Source: Candidatus Poribacteria bacterium
GTDB lineage: Bacteria; Poribacteria; WGA-4E; WGA-3G
Direction: 5' to 3'
Assembly: GCA_022822275.1 (NCBI GenBank)
Contig: JAJEBZ010000170.1
Location: 1 to 57,369 of the forward strand
Length of the DNA stretch: 57,369 nt
The translations under genes were made by a program, and so were the position numbers. This document shows, in pieces, positions 30,277 through 41,461 of the stretch. The number at the start of each line of letters is the position of its first letter. Within the stretch, counting starts at the first letter, position 1. The notes below the pieces were generated by a model. The model saw only the letters and a list, made by a program, of their open reading frames with translations. It had not been told where the DNA came from and made no database searches.

Positions 30277-32682
30277 ATGCATGAAATCTTATGCAAAAGA
30301 CGGTGGCTAAATTGGAGATTAATTCTAATCTGTTTAACTGTATTTTGTTTAGCCACCGTAGCTTTTGCCCAATCAGACACTAATCCAAAAGAAAATCCTG
30401 CAGTGCCGGCAATATGGTGGATTGCCCCAATCGGTGCACTGATTGCTTTGGGTTTTGCATACCATTTCTATCGTTCCGTGATGAAACAGGACGAAGGCAA
30501 TCCAACAATGCGTGACATCGCCCAATCTGTCCGCGAAGGGGCAATGGCATACCTTAGACAACAATATAAAGTCGTTGGTATTGTTTTTGCTGCCCTCTGT
30601 CTTATCTTCATCTTCATGGCTTTTGTCCTTGACGCTCAAAATAAAGTTGTTCCGTTTGCATTTCTAACAGGCGGTTTTTTCTCAGGCCTCTGCGGTTTCT
30701 TGGGTATGAAAACCGCGACAAATGCCTCTGCACGTACAACAAGTGCTGCCATGCAAGGACTTAATGCAGGACTAAGAGTCTCGTTCCGCGCTGGTGCTGT
30801 TATGGGATTGATCGTTGTCGGATTCGCTCTGCTGGACATTACAGGGTGGTTTCTCATACTCTATTACATCTTTCCAAAGGTCCTGCCCGGATTTTTAGAG
30901 GTCAACCCATTACCACAAATTACAGTCATTATGCTCAGTTTCGGTATGGGTGCTTCGACGCAAGCACTGTTTGCACGCGTTGGTGGCGGCATCTATACCA
31001 AAGCAGCCGATGTGGGGGCAGACCTTGTGGGCAAAGTTGAAGCAGGAATCCCAGAAGACGATCCACGCAATCCTGCTGTCATCGCAGATAACGTTGGTGA
31101 TAACGTTGGCGATGTTGCAGGTATGGGTGCTGACCTCTACGAATCTTATGCAGGCTCAATCCTTGCGACTGCTGCCCTCGGTGTTGCTGCAGTGGCTGCC
31201 CAAGACCATGATAACATAGCACTACAGTTAAAATACCTCTCTGCTCCAATGATTATCGCTGGTATCGGTGTAATCCTCTCTATTTTAGGTATCTATATGG
31301 TGCGGACAAAAGAGGGCGCGACAATGAAACAGCTGATGGGTTCCTTGAACCTCGGTATCAACGGCAGTGCAATCGGCATCGCAATCTTCTCACTCCCTGT
31401 TCTTCTCTATCTCAATCTGGATAACAAGTGGCAAGTTTGGGGAGCAATTGTCGCTGGGCTTGTCGCTGGGTTGGTTATAGGTAAGGTTACCGAAATCTTT
31501 ACCTCTCACGAATATAAACCAACTCGTGCCATTGCGAAACAAGCACAAACCGGACCGGCAACAGTCATCATTGAAGGTGTTGCTGTCGGTATGGAATCTA
31601 CCGCAATCCCTGTCCTAACAATTATCGCAGCGGTTGCAATCAGCTACTACCTGCCCGGTGGTGCAAGCGAACCGCTTATGGGGCTTTACGGTGTCGGTAT
31701 TGCTGCTGTCGGCATGCTTGCAACACTCGGGATTACACTTGCTACTGATGCTTATGGTCCCATTGCAGACAACGCTGGTGGAAACGCCGAAATGGCAAAA
31801 CTGGATGAAAGCGTACGAGGACGAACAGATCAGTTAGACGCACTTGGTAATACGACCGCCGCAACAGGCAAAGGGTTTGCTATCGGTTCTGCTGCACTCA
31901 CAGCACTTGCACTCCTCGCAGCCTATCTTGAAGAAATACGCTACGGACTCATCCACTTGGTATATAAGGGTAAGGAGTTAGGGGATACAGTGGATCTTGA
32001 TGGTGAAGGTCCATTTCCATCCATTAAGATTGAGGAAATTGCTGGACTTACGGTGGGGCAATTCATGGATATCTATAACGTCACCTTGATGAATCCACAG
32101 GTTCTGATCGGTTTATTTATTGGTGCAGTCATGGCGTTTTACTTCTGCGCTTTGACGATGAAAGCAGTCGGACGTGCTGCAGGTGCTATGGTAGAAGAGG
32201 TTCGCCGTCAATTCCGTGAAAAACCCGGTATCATGAAAGGTGAGGAGAAACCAGATTACGCCCGATGTGTGAGTATCTCAACTGTAGGTGCACAACGCGA
32301 GATGATTTTTCCATCACTCATCGCCATCGTTGTACCTGTTGCTGTAGGATTGTTATTTAATGTTGCGGGTGTGCTCGGTTTACTTGCAGGTGGGTTAGCC
32401 ACAGGTTTTGTCTTAGCAATTATGATGGCAAACGCAGGCGGTGCATGGGACAACGCGAAAAAGTTTATTGAAGAAGGTAAACACAAAGACGAATACGGCG
32501 AAAAAGGCTCAGAACAGCACAAAGCCACTGTTGTTGGTGATACCGTCGGCGATCCGTTCAAAGATACTTCAGGTCCTTCCCTTAACATTCTCATAAAATT
32601 GATGTCTATGGTTTCTGTTGTGTTTGCAGGTCTCATCGCAAAATATGGTGGTGTATTCAGTAATTGGCTGGGTATGCAGTAG
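30277..32682 (+). CDS. hppA: Membrane-bound K+-dependent Na+(/H+)-translocating pyrophosphatase
   Basis: GGIYTKAADVGADLVGKVE, EDDPRN, DNVGDNVGD, GNTTAATGKG, GDTVGDPFKD. Confidence 0.95.
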   Translation: MHEILCKRRWLNWRLILICLTVFCLATVAFAQSDTNPKENPAVPAIWWIAPIGALIALGFAYHFYRSVMKQDEGNPTMRDIAQSVREGAMAYLRQQYKVVGIVFAALCLIFIFMAFVLDAQNKVVPFAFLTGGFFSGLCGFLGMKTATNASARTTSAAMQGLNAGLRVSFRAGAVMGLIVVGFALLDITGWFLILYYIFPKVLPGFLEVNPLPQITVIMLSFGMGASTQALFARVGGGIYTKAADVGADLVGKVEAGIPEDDPRNPAVIADNVGDNVGDVAGMGADLYESYAGSILATAALGVAAVAAQDHDNIALQLKYLSAPMIIAGIGVILSILGIYMVRTKEGATMKQLMGSLNLGINGSAIGIAIFSLPVLLYLNLDNKWQVWGAIVAGLVAGLVIGKVTEIFTSHEYKPTRAIAKQAQTGPATVIIEGVAVGMESTAIPVLTIIAAVAISYYLPGGASEPLMGLYGVGIAAVGMLATLGITLATDAYGPIADNAGGNAEMAKLDESVRGRTDQLDALGNTTAATGKGFAIGSAALTALALLAAYLEEIRYGLIHLVYKGKELGDTVDLDGEGPFPSIKIEEIAGLTVGQFMDIYNVTLMNPQVLIGLFIGAVMAFYFCALTMKAVGRAAGAMVEEVRRQFREKPGIMKGEEKPDYARCVSISTVGAQREMIFPSLIAIVVPVAVGLLFNVAGVLGLLAGGLATGFVLAIMMANAGGAWDNAKKFIEEGKHKDEYGEKGSEQHKATVVGDTVGDPFKDTSGPSLNILIKLMSMVSVVFAGLIAKYGGVFSNWLGMQ

Positions 32683-32707
32683 TTAGTATCCCTAAAGGAG
32701 CAAAAAC

Positions 32708-33244
32708 ATGAAAACAAACAACACTTTCGGACTATTCTTGAGTTTACTCGTTCTTTTCACAATAGGGCTTTTCACAATAGGGTGTCAGCAGGTACAGAAT
32801 CAGATAAAGGGGGAACCTGATGATACTACCGTATCTGTTTCAGTTGATGACGTTCCACATGATATAGAACCTTATGTCGGTAAGGTTTTCATTGGTGATG
32901 CAGATGGAAGATTCGGTACAGACGATTATGCTTTGAATTCTGCTACCATCACAAACGACACGTTAACTGTCAGTGTATCTTACAGCGGGGGATGTGAAGC
33001 GCATCATTTTACCTTAGTCGCTTCGGATACATTCCTTGAGTCATTTCCAGTACAACTCCATGCTTACATTGCACACAATGCTAATAATGACAACTGTGAA
33101 GCATATCCAACTGTAAGTTATCAGTTTGATTTAACGCCAATCAAAACAATGTATCAAGAGGCTTACCAACAGGAAGCAGGCACAATTGTTCTACATCTCA
33201 AAGACGCTCCAGACGGTGAACTCGTCTATGAATTTACAATGTAG
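32708..33244 (+). CDS. Putative lipoprotein, tandem copy 1
   Basis: Lipobox-like TIGC; YSGGC..H.F.L motif; near-identical to the next gene. Confidence 0.75.
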   Translation: MKTNNTFGLFLSLLVLFTIGLFTIGCQQVQNQIKGEPDDTTVSVSVDDVPHDIEPYVGKVFIGDADGRFGTDDYALNSATITNDTLTVSVSYSGGCEAHHFTLVASDTFLESFPVQLHAYIAHNANNDNCEAYPTVSYQFDLTPIKTMYQEAYQQEAGTIVLHLKDAPDGELVYEFTM

Positions 33245-33393
33245 TCATCATTATTAAAATCTTTATAAACAGGACTTACGCATTCCCTCGCTTGCGGGAG
33301 GGAGGGATAAAGGGGGCGGTCACCACCTGAAAATGACAAAAAATCAAGGATAAAATCCTTGAAAAAACAAAATTCTAAAAAGGAGCAAGCAAT

Positions 33394-33915
33394 ATGAAAA
33401 CAAACAACACTTTCAGACTATTCTTGAGTTTACTCGTCCTTTTCACAATAGGGTGTCAGCAGGTACAGAATCAGATGAAGGGGGAACCTGATGGTCCTAC
33501 CGTATCTGTTTCAGTTGATGACGTTCCACATGATATAGAACCTTATGTCGGTAAGGTTTTCATTGGTGATGCGGATGGAAGATTCGGTACAGACGAATTT
33601 GCCTTGAATTCTGCTACCATCACAGACGACACATTAACTGTCAGTATATCTTACGGCGGGGGATGTGAAGCGCATCATTTTACCTTAGTCGCTTCGGATA
33701 CATTCCTTGAGTCATTTCCAGTACAACTCCATACTTACATTGCACACAATGCTAATAATGACACCTGTGCAGCATATCCAACTGAAAGTTATCAGTTTGA
33801 TTTAACGCCAATCAAAACAATGTATCAAGAGGCTTACCAACAAGAAGCAGGCACAATTGTTCTACATCTCAAAGATGCTCCAGACGGTGAACTCGTCTAT
33901 GAATTTACAATGTAG
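33394..33915 (+). CDS. Putative lipoprotein, tandem copy 2
   Basis: Near-identical paralog of 32708-33244. Confidence 0.75.
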   Translation: MKTNNTFRLFLSLLVLFTIGCQQVQNQMKGEPDGPTVSVSVDDVPHDIEPYVGKVFIGDADGRFGTDEFALNSATITDDTLTVSISYGGGCEAHHFTLVASDTFLESFPVQLHTYIAHNANNDTCAAYPTESYQFDLTPIKTMYQEAYQQEAGTIVLHLKDAPDGELVYEFTM

Positions 33916-33993
33916 TCATCATTATTAAATCTATTAAATAAACACTTCTCTGTCTCAGACCGCCCTTATTTATACCTGTAGGAGAACAAGACA

Positions 33994-35673
33994 ATGCCCA
34001 ACAAACTGAAACCCCGAAGTTCTGTGATTACTGATGGACCTGACCGAGCTGCAGCGCGTACTATGCTAATGTTCGGTGATGGTGGACTGTCCCCTGAAGA
34101 CCTTGACAAACCGATTATCGGCGTGGCAAATACATGGATTGAAATCGGACCTTGTAACTTCCATTTACGGAGACTCGCTGCGAAGGTCAAACAGGGAATT
34201 CGTGATGCAGGCGGAACACCTCTTGAATTCAACACCGTTAGCATCTCCGATGGTATCACAATGGGAACAGAGGGCATGAAAACCTCACTTATCAGCCGGG
34301 AGATCGTAGCCGACTCAATAGAATTAGTTTCCATCGGCAACATGTTTGATGCTGTTGTGGCACTGTGCGGATGCGACAAGACCGTTCCCGGGACCGTTAT
34401 GGCATTGGCACGTTTGGATATCCCATCTCTCACGTTATACGGTGGTTCAATTATGCCGGGTAAATTCCAAGGACGTGATGTCACTATCCAAGACGTTTTT
34501 GAAGCGGTCGGTCAACATGCAGAAGGGACTATCACAGTAGAAGAATTGGACGATCTGATAAGCAAAGGATGCCCCGGTCCTGGTGCTTGTGGCGGACAAT
34601 TCACTGCGAATACGATGGCAACTGCTGTTGAAATGCTGGGTATCGCACCGATGGGTAGTGGTAGTGTGCCTGCTGCAGTAGAAGAAAAAGACGATGAGGC
34701 ATACAAAGCGGGACAACTCGTTATGGATATGCTCGCTGCTGACCGTAGACCGAGTCAAATCATCACACGTAAATCTCTTGAAAACGCAATTACCTCAGTT
34801 GCCGCGACAGGCGGTTCTACCAACGGTGTTCTACACCTACTCGCTATCGCACACGAAGCACAAATCCCGTTAACACTTGAGGACTTCCACACTATTAGTC
34901 AGAGAACGCCTGTATTAGCAGACCTAAAACCCGGAGGACAGTTTGTCGCTACTGATCTATACGAAGCAGGTGGGATTCAGTTCTTAACCAAACGTTTGGC
35001 AGAAGCTGGTCTGCTGCACACCAATGAACTTACCGTCACAGGAAAGACGATTGGTGAAGAAGCGAACGCAGCCACCGAAACTGCTGGACAGAAAGTTGTC
35101 CTACCCGTAGACGAACCCCTCAAACCCACCGGTGGATTTGCTATCTTGAGAGGCAATCTTGCACCAGATGGATGTGTTATCAAGTTAGCAGGCCAGAAAA
35201 AAACAATCCATCGCGGGCCTGCACGTATTTTTGAACGTGAAGAGGACACATTCGCTGCAATCAAAGGTGGGGAAATTAAACCCGGGGATGTGGTTGTCAT
35301 TCGTTATGAGGGACCGATCGGAGGTCCCGGCATGCGTGAGATGTTAGGTGTTACAGCAGCAATCGTCGGTGCAGGTTTAAGCAAAGATGTAGCACTACTG
35401 ACTGATGGTAGATTCTCTGGCGCAACACACGGCTTTATGATCTGTCATGTTGCACCTGAAGCAGCAACCGGCGGTCCTATTGCTATTCTCGAGGAGGGGG
35501 ACGAAATCGTGATTGACGCAAAAGCTCGCCGACTTGATGTCACACTCACCGATGCAGAAATACAAGCGCGTCTTGAAAAATGGACACCTCCCGAACCTCC
35601 CTATACACGCGGTGTCATGGCGAAATATGCTAACTCTGTTTCTTCCGCATCTGAAGGTGCTGTGACAGGGTAA
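33994..35673 (+). CDS. ilvD: Dihydroxy-acid dehydratase
   Basis: PCN.HL, SDGITMG, CDKT.PG, GGSTN, GPGMREM, TDGRFSG. Confidence 0.95.
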   Translation: MPNKLKPRSSVITDGPDRAAARTMLMFGDGGLSPEDLDKPIIGVANTWIEIGPCNFHLRRLAAKVKQGIRDAGGTPLEFNTVSISDGITMGTEGMKTSLISREIVADSIELVSIGNMFDAVVALCGCDKTVPGTVMALARLDIPSLTLYGGSIMPGKFQGRDVTIQDVFEAVGQHAEGTITVEELDDLISKGCPGPGACGGQFTANTMATAVEMLGIAPMGSGSVPAAVEEKDDEAYKAGQLVMDMLAADRRPSQIITRKSLENAITSVAATGGSTNGVLHLLAIAHEAQIPLTLEDFHTISQRTPVLADLKPGGQFVATDLYEAGGIQFLTKRLAEAGLLHTNELTVTGKTIGEEANAATETAGQKVVLPVDEPLKPTGGFAILRGNLAPDGCVIKLAGQKKTIHRGPARIFEREEDTFAAIKGGEIKPGDVVVIRYEGPIGGPGMREMLGVTAAIVGAGLSKDVALLTDGRFSGATHGFMICHVAPEAATGGPIAILEEGDEIVIDAKARRLDVTLTDAEIQARLEKWTPPEPPYTRGVMAKYANSVSSASEGAVTG

Positions 35674-35783
35674 AATCTGGCGGTTCACGTAAAGAATGAG
35701 TGTTAACGGGAAATTTAAACCCGTATGCCCATCATGTTCATTGAAAACAACAGCACACACTTTTTACATGAGCGAAGGTTCTT

Positions 35784-36554
35784 ATGAGTCAATATATTGT
35801 TATCCTAATCATCTCCACAATACTGTTATCTTGCCCACCAAAAGAAACAGAAACCTTCATAGATAAACAGCAAAAGTACCCCCGTGTTCGCACAGCTATG
35901 TTAGAAAAGGACAGTTTACTCCGCAAACGGTTTGAAGACAAAGGACTTATATATCCACCTCAGCATCTGTTTATCCGAGTTTTCAAACAGGAAAAAGTTT
36001 TAGAAGTTTGGACTTTATCGGAATCAGATGGTATCTTCAAAAAAGCCCACGACTATCCAATCTGCCGCACATCGGGGAGCTTAGGTCCAAAAAGACGAGA
36101 AGGTGATTTACAGATACCGGAAGGCTTTTATCATATTGACAGGTTTAATCCCAAAAGCAATTTCTATCTCTCTCTTGGAATCAATTATCCAAACCGTTCA
36201 GATCAGATTTTGGGCAAAAAAGGTGATTTAGGAGGAGATATATTTCTGCACGGCGGGTGCGTTACCATTGGGTGTATTCCAATCACCGATGAATATATCA
36301 AAGAGGTATACTTGTTAGCGGTGCATGCAAAGTCTAACGGTCAGGCAAAAATTCCTGTCCACATTTTCCCATCAAGATTAGATAGACGCACGATGTCACA
36401 GTTGATGAAAAAGGCTGGCACAGATATAAACTTGGTTAAATTCTGGAAAAATCTGCAGATCGGATATCAGTGGTTTGAAAAACACCGCAACCTACCAAAA
36501 ATCTCAGTAAATTCAGATGGCAAATATCAGTTCTCAACTTCTACATCACAATAA
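35784..36554 (+). CDS. L,D-transpeptidase family (YafK-like) protein
   Basis: GPKRREGDLQIPEGFY, INYPN, IFLHGGCVTIGC. Confidence 0.88.
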   Translation: MSQYIVILIISTILLSCPPKETETFIDKQQKYPRVRTAMLEKDSLLRKRFEDKGLIYPPQHLFIRVFKQEKVLEVWTLSESDGIFKKAHDYPICRTSGSLGPKRREGDLQIPEGFYHIDRFNPKSNFYLSLGINYPNRSDQILGKKGDLGGDIFLHGGCVTIGCIPITDEYIKEVYLLAVHAKSNGQAKIPVHIFPSRLDRRTMSQLMKKAGTDINLVKFWKNLQIGYQWFEKHRNLPKISVNSDGKYQFSTSTSQ

Positions 36555-36653
36555 ACGGTATTAAATCATATATTGCGAAACGTAGTCAGGAGCAACTATG
36601 CTTCGGCAACAACATCTCAACTTCAGCTGATTAATTCCAATCTTTGCACAGTT

Positions 36654-37634
36654 ATGGAAACCGCAGCACAAATCTACCACATTCAAACAGAGCACAAAGG
36701 GAAACGGTTGGATCAGTTTCTGATGAGTGCTATTGAAGACGTATCGCGCACCTATCTCCAGAAACTGATACGCGATGGGGCGGTTACCGTCAACGATAAA
36801 GTATCCAAACAACCCAGTTACGCGCTCCGTTCTGGCGACCAAGTTCGTCTTTCGTTTTCCGATTCTCGTCCTCTGGAAACTTTAAAACCTGAGAATATAT
36901 CGCTTGATATTCTTTACGAAGATAACCACTTAATTGTTCTAAACAAACCTGCGGGCATGCTTGTGCATCCGGCAAGCGGTGTGAATTCAGGGACACTTGT
37001 TAACGCACTCTTGGCACATTGCAACGACCTGTCTGGTATCGGTGGCGTAGAGAGACCCGGTATCGTCCACAGATTAGACAAGGATACGTCGGGTGTGCTT
37101 GTTGTTGCGAAAACTGATGTTGTGCATCGTGAGTTGTCCGTGCAGTTTGAAAAACACACCATCACGCGTCAGTACGTTGCGGTTGTGTGTGGCGTGCCTG
37201 CTGAAGTCGTAGGAACGATTGACGCACAAATCGCACGGAGCCGTAGGGACCGAAGGCGAATGACCACAGTCAATAACAACGGTAGACGCGCTGTCACACA
37301 TTATCGGGTTTTAGAAAGTTACAACAGATTCTCACTCGTTCAACTCACATTAGAGACCGGAAGACTCCATCAAATTCGTGTGCATCTGCAGCACATCGGA
37401 CATCCAGTTGCAGGCGATCCCATTTATGGGGGTGAACAACGTGCTTTAAACGATGCCGATGTGCTTCCCGTGAAACACGCACTCATACACCTAAAACGGC
37501 AGGCATTGCATGCACGCACACTTCAATTTGAACATCCTGCCACACATAAAACTTTAATGTTATCAGCACCGAAACCAGAGGATATGGAAAGACTTATTGA
37601 TGCTTTGCGCACATTAACACGAACACATCTATAG
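36654..37634 (+). CDS. rluD: RluA-family (RluD-like) pseudouridine synthase
   Basis: S4 RLDQFL, NKPAGMLVHP, GIVHRLDKDTSG, ETGRLHQIRVH. Confidence 0.88.
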   Translation: METAAQIYHIQTEHKGKRLDQFLMSAIEDVSRTYLQKLIRDGAVTVNDKVSKQPSYALRSGDQVRLSFSDSRPLETLKPENISLDILYEDNHLIVLNKPAGMLVHPASGVNSGTLVNALLAHCNDLSGIGGVERPGIVHRLDKDTSGVLVVAKTDVVHRELSVQFEKHTITRQYVAVVCGVPAEVVGTIDAQIARSRRDRRRMTTVNNNGRRAVTHYRVLESYNRFSLVQLTLETGRLHQIRVHLQHIGHPVAGDPIYGGEQRALNDADVLPVKHALIHLKRQALHARTLQFEHPATHKTLMLSAPKPEDMERLIDALRTLTRTHL

Positions 37635-37644
37635 GAGAAAAATA

Positions 37645-38631
37645 ATGGAATATGTCAATTTTGGTAAAGCAGGTGTTAAGGTCAGTCCACTTGCATTGGG
37701 ATTAGGACTTAGAGGGCAATCTGACGAAAACGCTGCACAACGATTGATTGAACACGCCATTGATAGCGGCATCAACCTGATTGATTGTGCTAATATATAT
37801 GGTCCAATGGATGACCGTGCCAATATTGGTCGTTCTGAGATTATCCTCGGAAAAGCACTCAAAGGGAAACGGGATGATGTGGTGATTACCTCCAAGGTCT
37901 GTAGTCACGTAGGTCAGGGCCCAAACGACTACGGATTATCACGATACCATATCATGCGGGAGATAGACCGTTCATTGACCCGTCTCGGCACTGACCACAT
38001 TGATGTCTACCTGATTCATGTTCCTGATGACACAACGCCGCAAGAGGAGACGATCCGTGTGTTAGATGATCTGGTGCGTTCTGGTAAAGTACGCTACCTG
38101 GGATGCTGCAACCATCAGGCATGGCAAGTCTGTAAAGCACTCTGGATTGCGGATAGCATCAACGCAACACCGTATATGTGCGTTCAAAATATGTATAACT
38201 TGCTAAATCGGGATTTGGAAACCGAAATGTTCGGATTAGTGCGTGAGGAAGGGCTTGGCGTGATGTGTTATAGTCCGTTATCGGTTGGCTTATTGAGTGG
38301 TGTCTATTCACCTGATGAACCACCACCTGCTGGCACGCTTTGGGCAAGGCGTTACCCAGAAGAATATGACCGCAGAATGCGTGGTGCTACTGGAAAAGTC
38401 CTTGCAACGCTCAAACGCCTTGCGGATGAGTTAGGAAAAACACCCGCACAACTTGCAGTTGCATGGGTGGTATCACACCCTGAAGTCACCGTTGCTATCA
38501 GTGGGAGTGATACAATTGAACAACTGGACGACACACTTGGTGGTGTCGGTTGGGAATTAGATGCGGCTGTTCGGGATGAGTTGGATGAGGTGTCGCGTTC
38601 GTTTGTCCGTTTGACTGCACCACCTTTTTAA
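37645..38631 (+). CDS. Aldo/keto reductase
   Basis: DCANIY, SLTRLGTDHIDVY, GKVRYLG, YSPL..GLL.G. Confidence 0.92.
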   Translation: MEYVNFGKAGVKVSPLALGLGLRGQSDENAAQRLIEHAIDSGINLIDCANIYGPMDDRANIGRSEIILGKALKGKRDDVVITSKVCSHVGQGPNDYGLSRYHIMREIDRSLTRLGTDHIDVYLIHVPDDTTPQEETIRVLDDLVRSGKVRYLGCCNHQAWQVCKALWIADSINATPYMCVQNMYNLLNRDLETEMFGLVREEGLGVMCYSPLSVGLLSGVYSPDEPPPAGTLWARRYPEEYDRRMRGATGKVLATLKRLADELGKTPAQLAVAWVVSHPEVTVAISGSDTIEQLDDTLGGVGWELDAAVRDELDEVSRSFVRLTAPPF

Positions 38632-38643
38632 GTTCACGTAAGG

Positions 38644-39021
38644 TTAATCTTCATCTTTATGTCTAATTCTGATTCGGGTTTCTTCCACGACTACTAACGC
38701 ACCCTGCAAGAGATCTATGTCGTGATCAAGAAGTTGGTTACAGACAGTTATAATATTTTGTGAATTCATATTCCTGACTCTTAGGAGGATGATACCTACA
38801 TACCGTTTACCTTCATGAATCGCCAAAGTTCCAAAATCCGTATCATGTGTAAACATCCATCGGTTGTCTTGATACGCTATTTCAAGCAATTCGTCATCCT
38901 TCTTCCCGAACCATCCTTGCTCCTTCGTATCTAACACGTCAATCCCGCTATTTCTGAGAAAAGCCACGACCTTGGGAGATACGTTTTCATCGGTAAGGAT
39001 TCGTAGCTCATCAAATTTCAT
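38644..39021 (-). CDS. DUF5615 PIN-like toxin
   Basis: ILTDENV, DDELL, THDTDFG. 4-bp overlap with the DUF433 gene. Confidence 0.85.
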   Translation of the reverse strand: MKFDELRILTDENVSPKVVAFLRNSGIDVLDTKEQGWFGKKDDELLEIAYQDNRWMFTHDTDFGTLAIHEGKRYVGIILLRVRNMNSQNIITVCNQLLDHDIDLLQGALVVVEETRIRIRHKDED

Positions 39022-39245
39022 GCTTCCGACTTCAACTCAAGATATATTTCATTCCTATGACACCGCGCGGCATATCTCAGACACGCGTGAATATCTGATT
39101 TGGTTATATGTTGGTAGTCCTCAAGAATCTCTTCTTCACTCACGTTGGACGCGAGTAAATTTAGGATAAACTCAACCGATAAGCGAGTTCCTTTGATAAT
39201 TGGTTTTCCTCCCAGAATTCTTGGATCCACAGTGATTCGTTCCAT
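39018..39245 (-). CDS. DUF433 antitoxin
   Basis: ITVDPRILGGKPIIKGTR, EIL.DY...DI.ACL.YA; GGAGG RBS. Confidence 0.9.
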   Translation of the reverse strand: MERITVDPRILGGKPIIKGTRLSVEFILNLLASNVSEEEILEDYQHITKSDIHACLRYAARCHRNEIYLELKSEA

Positions 39246-39332
39246 TTTAATTTCCTCCAATACATTATTATAGCACATCGGGAAGTATAATCACCAATAA
39301 ACTTTCTGCCGAAAGGTGTTAATTTAAGGTAA

Positions 39333-41213
39333 TCATTCAGGTGTGAGTTCCCATAACAGCACGGTGCCATCAAAACTCCCGCTTGCGAGCGTTTTACCAT
39401 CCGGACTGAACACTACGCTGCTAACACGAGCTCTATGTCCTGTCAATGTCAAGAGATGTGTACCTGTTTGCACATCCCATAAACGAATGGTATTGTCCCA
39501 ACTTCCACTGGCAAGTACCTTTCCTTTCGGACTGAATACAACACTACCTATATTATTCGTATGTCCTGTCAATACACTAATAGATGCTCCCGTTTGTACA
39601 TCCCACAAACGCACAGTATCGTCCCAACTCCCACTGGCAAGTGTCTTTCCATCCGGACTAAAGGCAACACTCGTGACTCTATCACTATGTTCAGTCAATT
39701 CATGCAATGATTCCCCTGTCTGCACATCCCACAAACGCACAGTATCGTCCCAACTCCCACTGGCAAGTGTCTTTCCATCCGGACTGAAAACAACACTAAC
39801 AATTTCATGTGTATGCCCTGTGAGTGTTCTAATCGTTTTACCAGTCTGTATATTCCACAAAAGCAAGTTATTTTCAACACCTTGACTTGCGAGTATCTTT
39901 CCATCTGGACTGAATGCAATGCTCTCGATCCCATCCGTATCCTCTTTGAGTTTCTGAATAGATGTGCCTGTCTCAACATCCCATAGAAACACAGTGTCGT
40001 CATCGTCCGAATAACTTCCACTTGCAAGGGTTTTGCCATCCGGACTGAAAACAACACAAGAGACTTCCCACTTATGTCCTATCAACGTGTGAAGTAACTT
40101 CCCTGTTTGCACATCCCACAAATGCCCAGCTTTGTCCGAACTTCCACAACTCGCCAGTGTAGAACCATCCGAACTGATTGCTATATCCCTGATCCTACCC
40201 GTATATCCTGTCAGTTCCCGAAGATGCGCGCCTGTTTTCACGTCCCATAGACACACAGTTTCAGATATGCTTGCAGTTGCAAGGGTTTTGCCATCCGGGC
40301 TGAACACTATGCTGCAGGTATCATCTGTATGCATATTCAATACCCGTTGGGATTCACCGGTTTTCGTATCCCAAAAGCAAACCCTTTTATCCCAAACGCC
40401 TGCACTTGCAATTGTCTTACCATCCGGACTGAATACAACGTCTATAACTCCACCTGCCGTATGCCCTTTCAATGTTTGAAGAGATGCACCGGTTTCTGTA
40501 TCCCACAGTCGCACGGTTCTATCCCAACTTGTGCTTGCGATTAACTTGCCATCCGGACTAAACGCTACAGCCAAGAGATGCTTCTCATGTCCTGTGAGAG
40601 TTCTTAGAGATTTACCAGCCTGCACATCCCATAACCGGGCAGTTTTATCCCAACTGGCACTTGCAACTGTCTTGCCATCCGGACTAAACGCGACACTCCA
40701 AATCCTTTGTGTGTGTCCTGCAAGTGTCTGCAGAGACATTCCCGTCCGCACATCCCACAGACGGATAGTGTTGTCATCACTCCCACTTGCGATTGCTTTA
40801 CCATCAGGACTGAATACAACACTATTAACAGGAAAGGTATGTCCTTTCATCGTCAGAAGAGGTGTACCTGTTCGCACATCCCACAGACGAACGGTAGCGT
40901 CCCAACTTCCACTGGCAATTGTATATCCATCTGGACTGAATGCCACGCTTTTCACATCAGATGTATGCCCTGTAATTAGGTTCATTTCCTCTCCTGTCTG
41001 TGCGTCATAAATCCAAATACCGATACTACCTGCTACTGCCAAACGCTTCCCATCAGGGGAGTACGTTATTTCATTTATAGAACCTTTACCAAGACGTGCC
41101 TTCGCTCCATCGGGTAACCCCCATTGTGTATAGTCTTGGGCAAAGGTGTGTGGGATTAGAGGGAATATTGAAAGCCCAAAGGTTAAAACCGAAAACAATA
41201 TATAATTTACCAT
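39333..41213 (-). CDS. Secreted WD40-repeat protein (about 14 repeats)
   Basis: Signal peptide, WGLPDGAKARLGKG cap and GH...VxSVAFSPDGKTLASGSWDxTVRLWD repeats. Confidence 0.92.
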   Translation of the reverse strand: MVNYILFSVLTFGLSIFPLIPHTFAQDYTQWGLPDGAKARLGKGSINEITYSPDGKRLAVAGSIGIWIYDAQTGEEMNLITGHTSDVKSVAFSPDGYTIASGSWDATVRLWDVRTGTPLLTMKGHTFPVNSVVFSPDGKAIASGSDDNTIRLWDVRTGMSLQTLAGHTQRIWSVAFSPDGKTVASASWDKTARLWDVQAGKSLRTLTGHEKHLLAVAFSPDGKLIASTSWDRTVRLWDTETGASLQTLKGHTAGGVIDVVFSPDGKTIASAGVWDKRVCFWDTKTGESQRVLNMHTDDTCSIVFSPDGKTLATASISETVCLWDVKTGAHLRELTGYTGRIRDIAISSDGSTLASCGSSDKAGHLWDVQTGKLLHTLIGHKWEVSCVVFSPDGKTLASGSYSDDDDTVFLWDVETGTSIQKLKEDTDGIESIAFSPDGKILASQGVENNLLLWNIQTGKTIRTLTGHTHEIVSVVFSPDGKTLASGSWDDTVRLWDVQTGESLHELTEHSDRVTSVAFSPDGKTLASGSWDDTVRLWDVQTGASISVLTGHTNNIGSVVFSPKGKVLASGSWDNTIRLWDVQTGTHLLTLTGHRARVSSVVFSPDGKTLASGSFDGTVLLWELTPE

Positions 41214-41461
41214 AAAGTTTGTCCTTTTGAATTTGAGTGGTATACTGCGTTTCAAAATAGCGTATTTACAGTTACACAATTATGGATGCACAAATTGGTA
41301 TATATGGTAAATAATTATTTTAGTTGGTAAAGAGAAATGTTGGGTGTGTTTTAGAATCGCGGGTTATGTAGATTAGGAAGGACAAGCTGATATATTGCAG
41401 TACATAATTTTTTGTAGGTAAAAAGAAGGGATTCCCGCTTATCGAAATGTTGCATCAACAC

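Noticed and set aside
32708-33915. Diversity-generating retroelement TR/VR pair
   Set aside because: Both copies are whole genes with RBS, the differences are not adenine-specific, and there is no reverse transcriptase.
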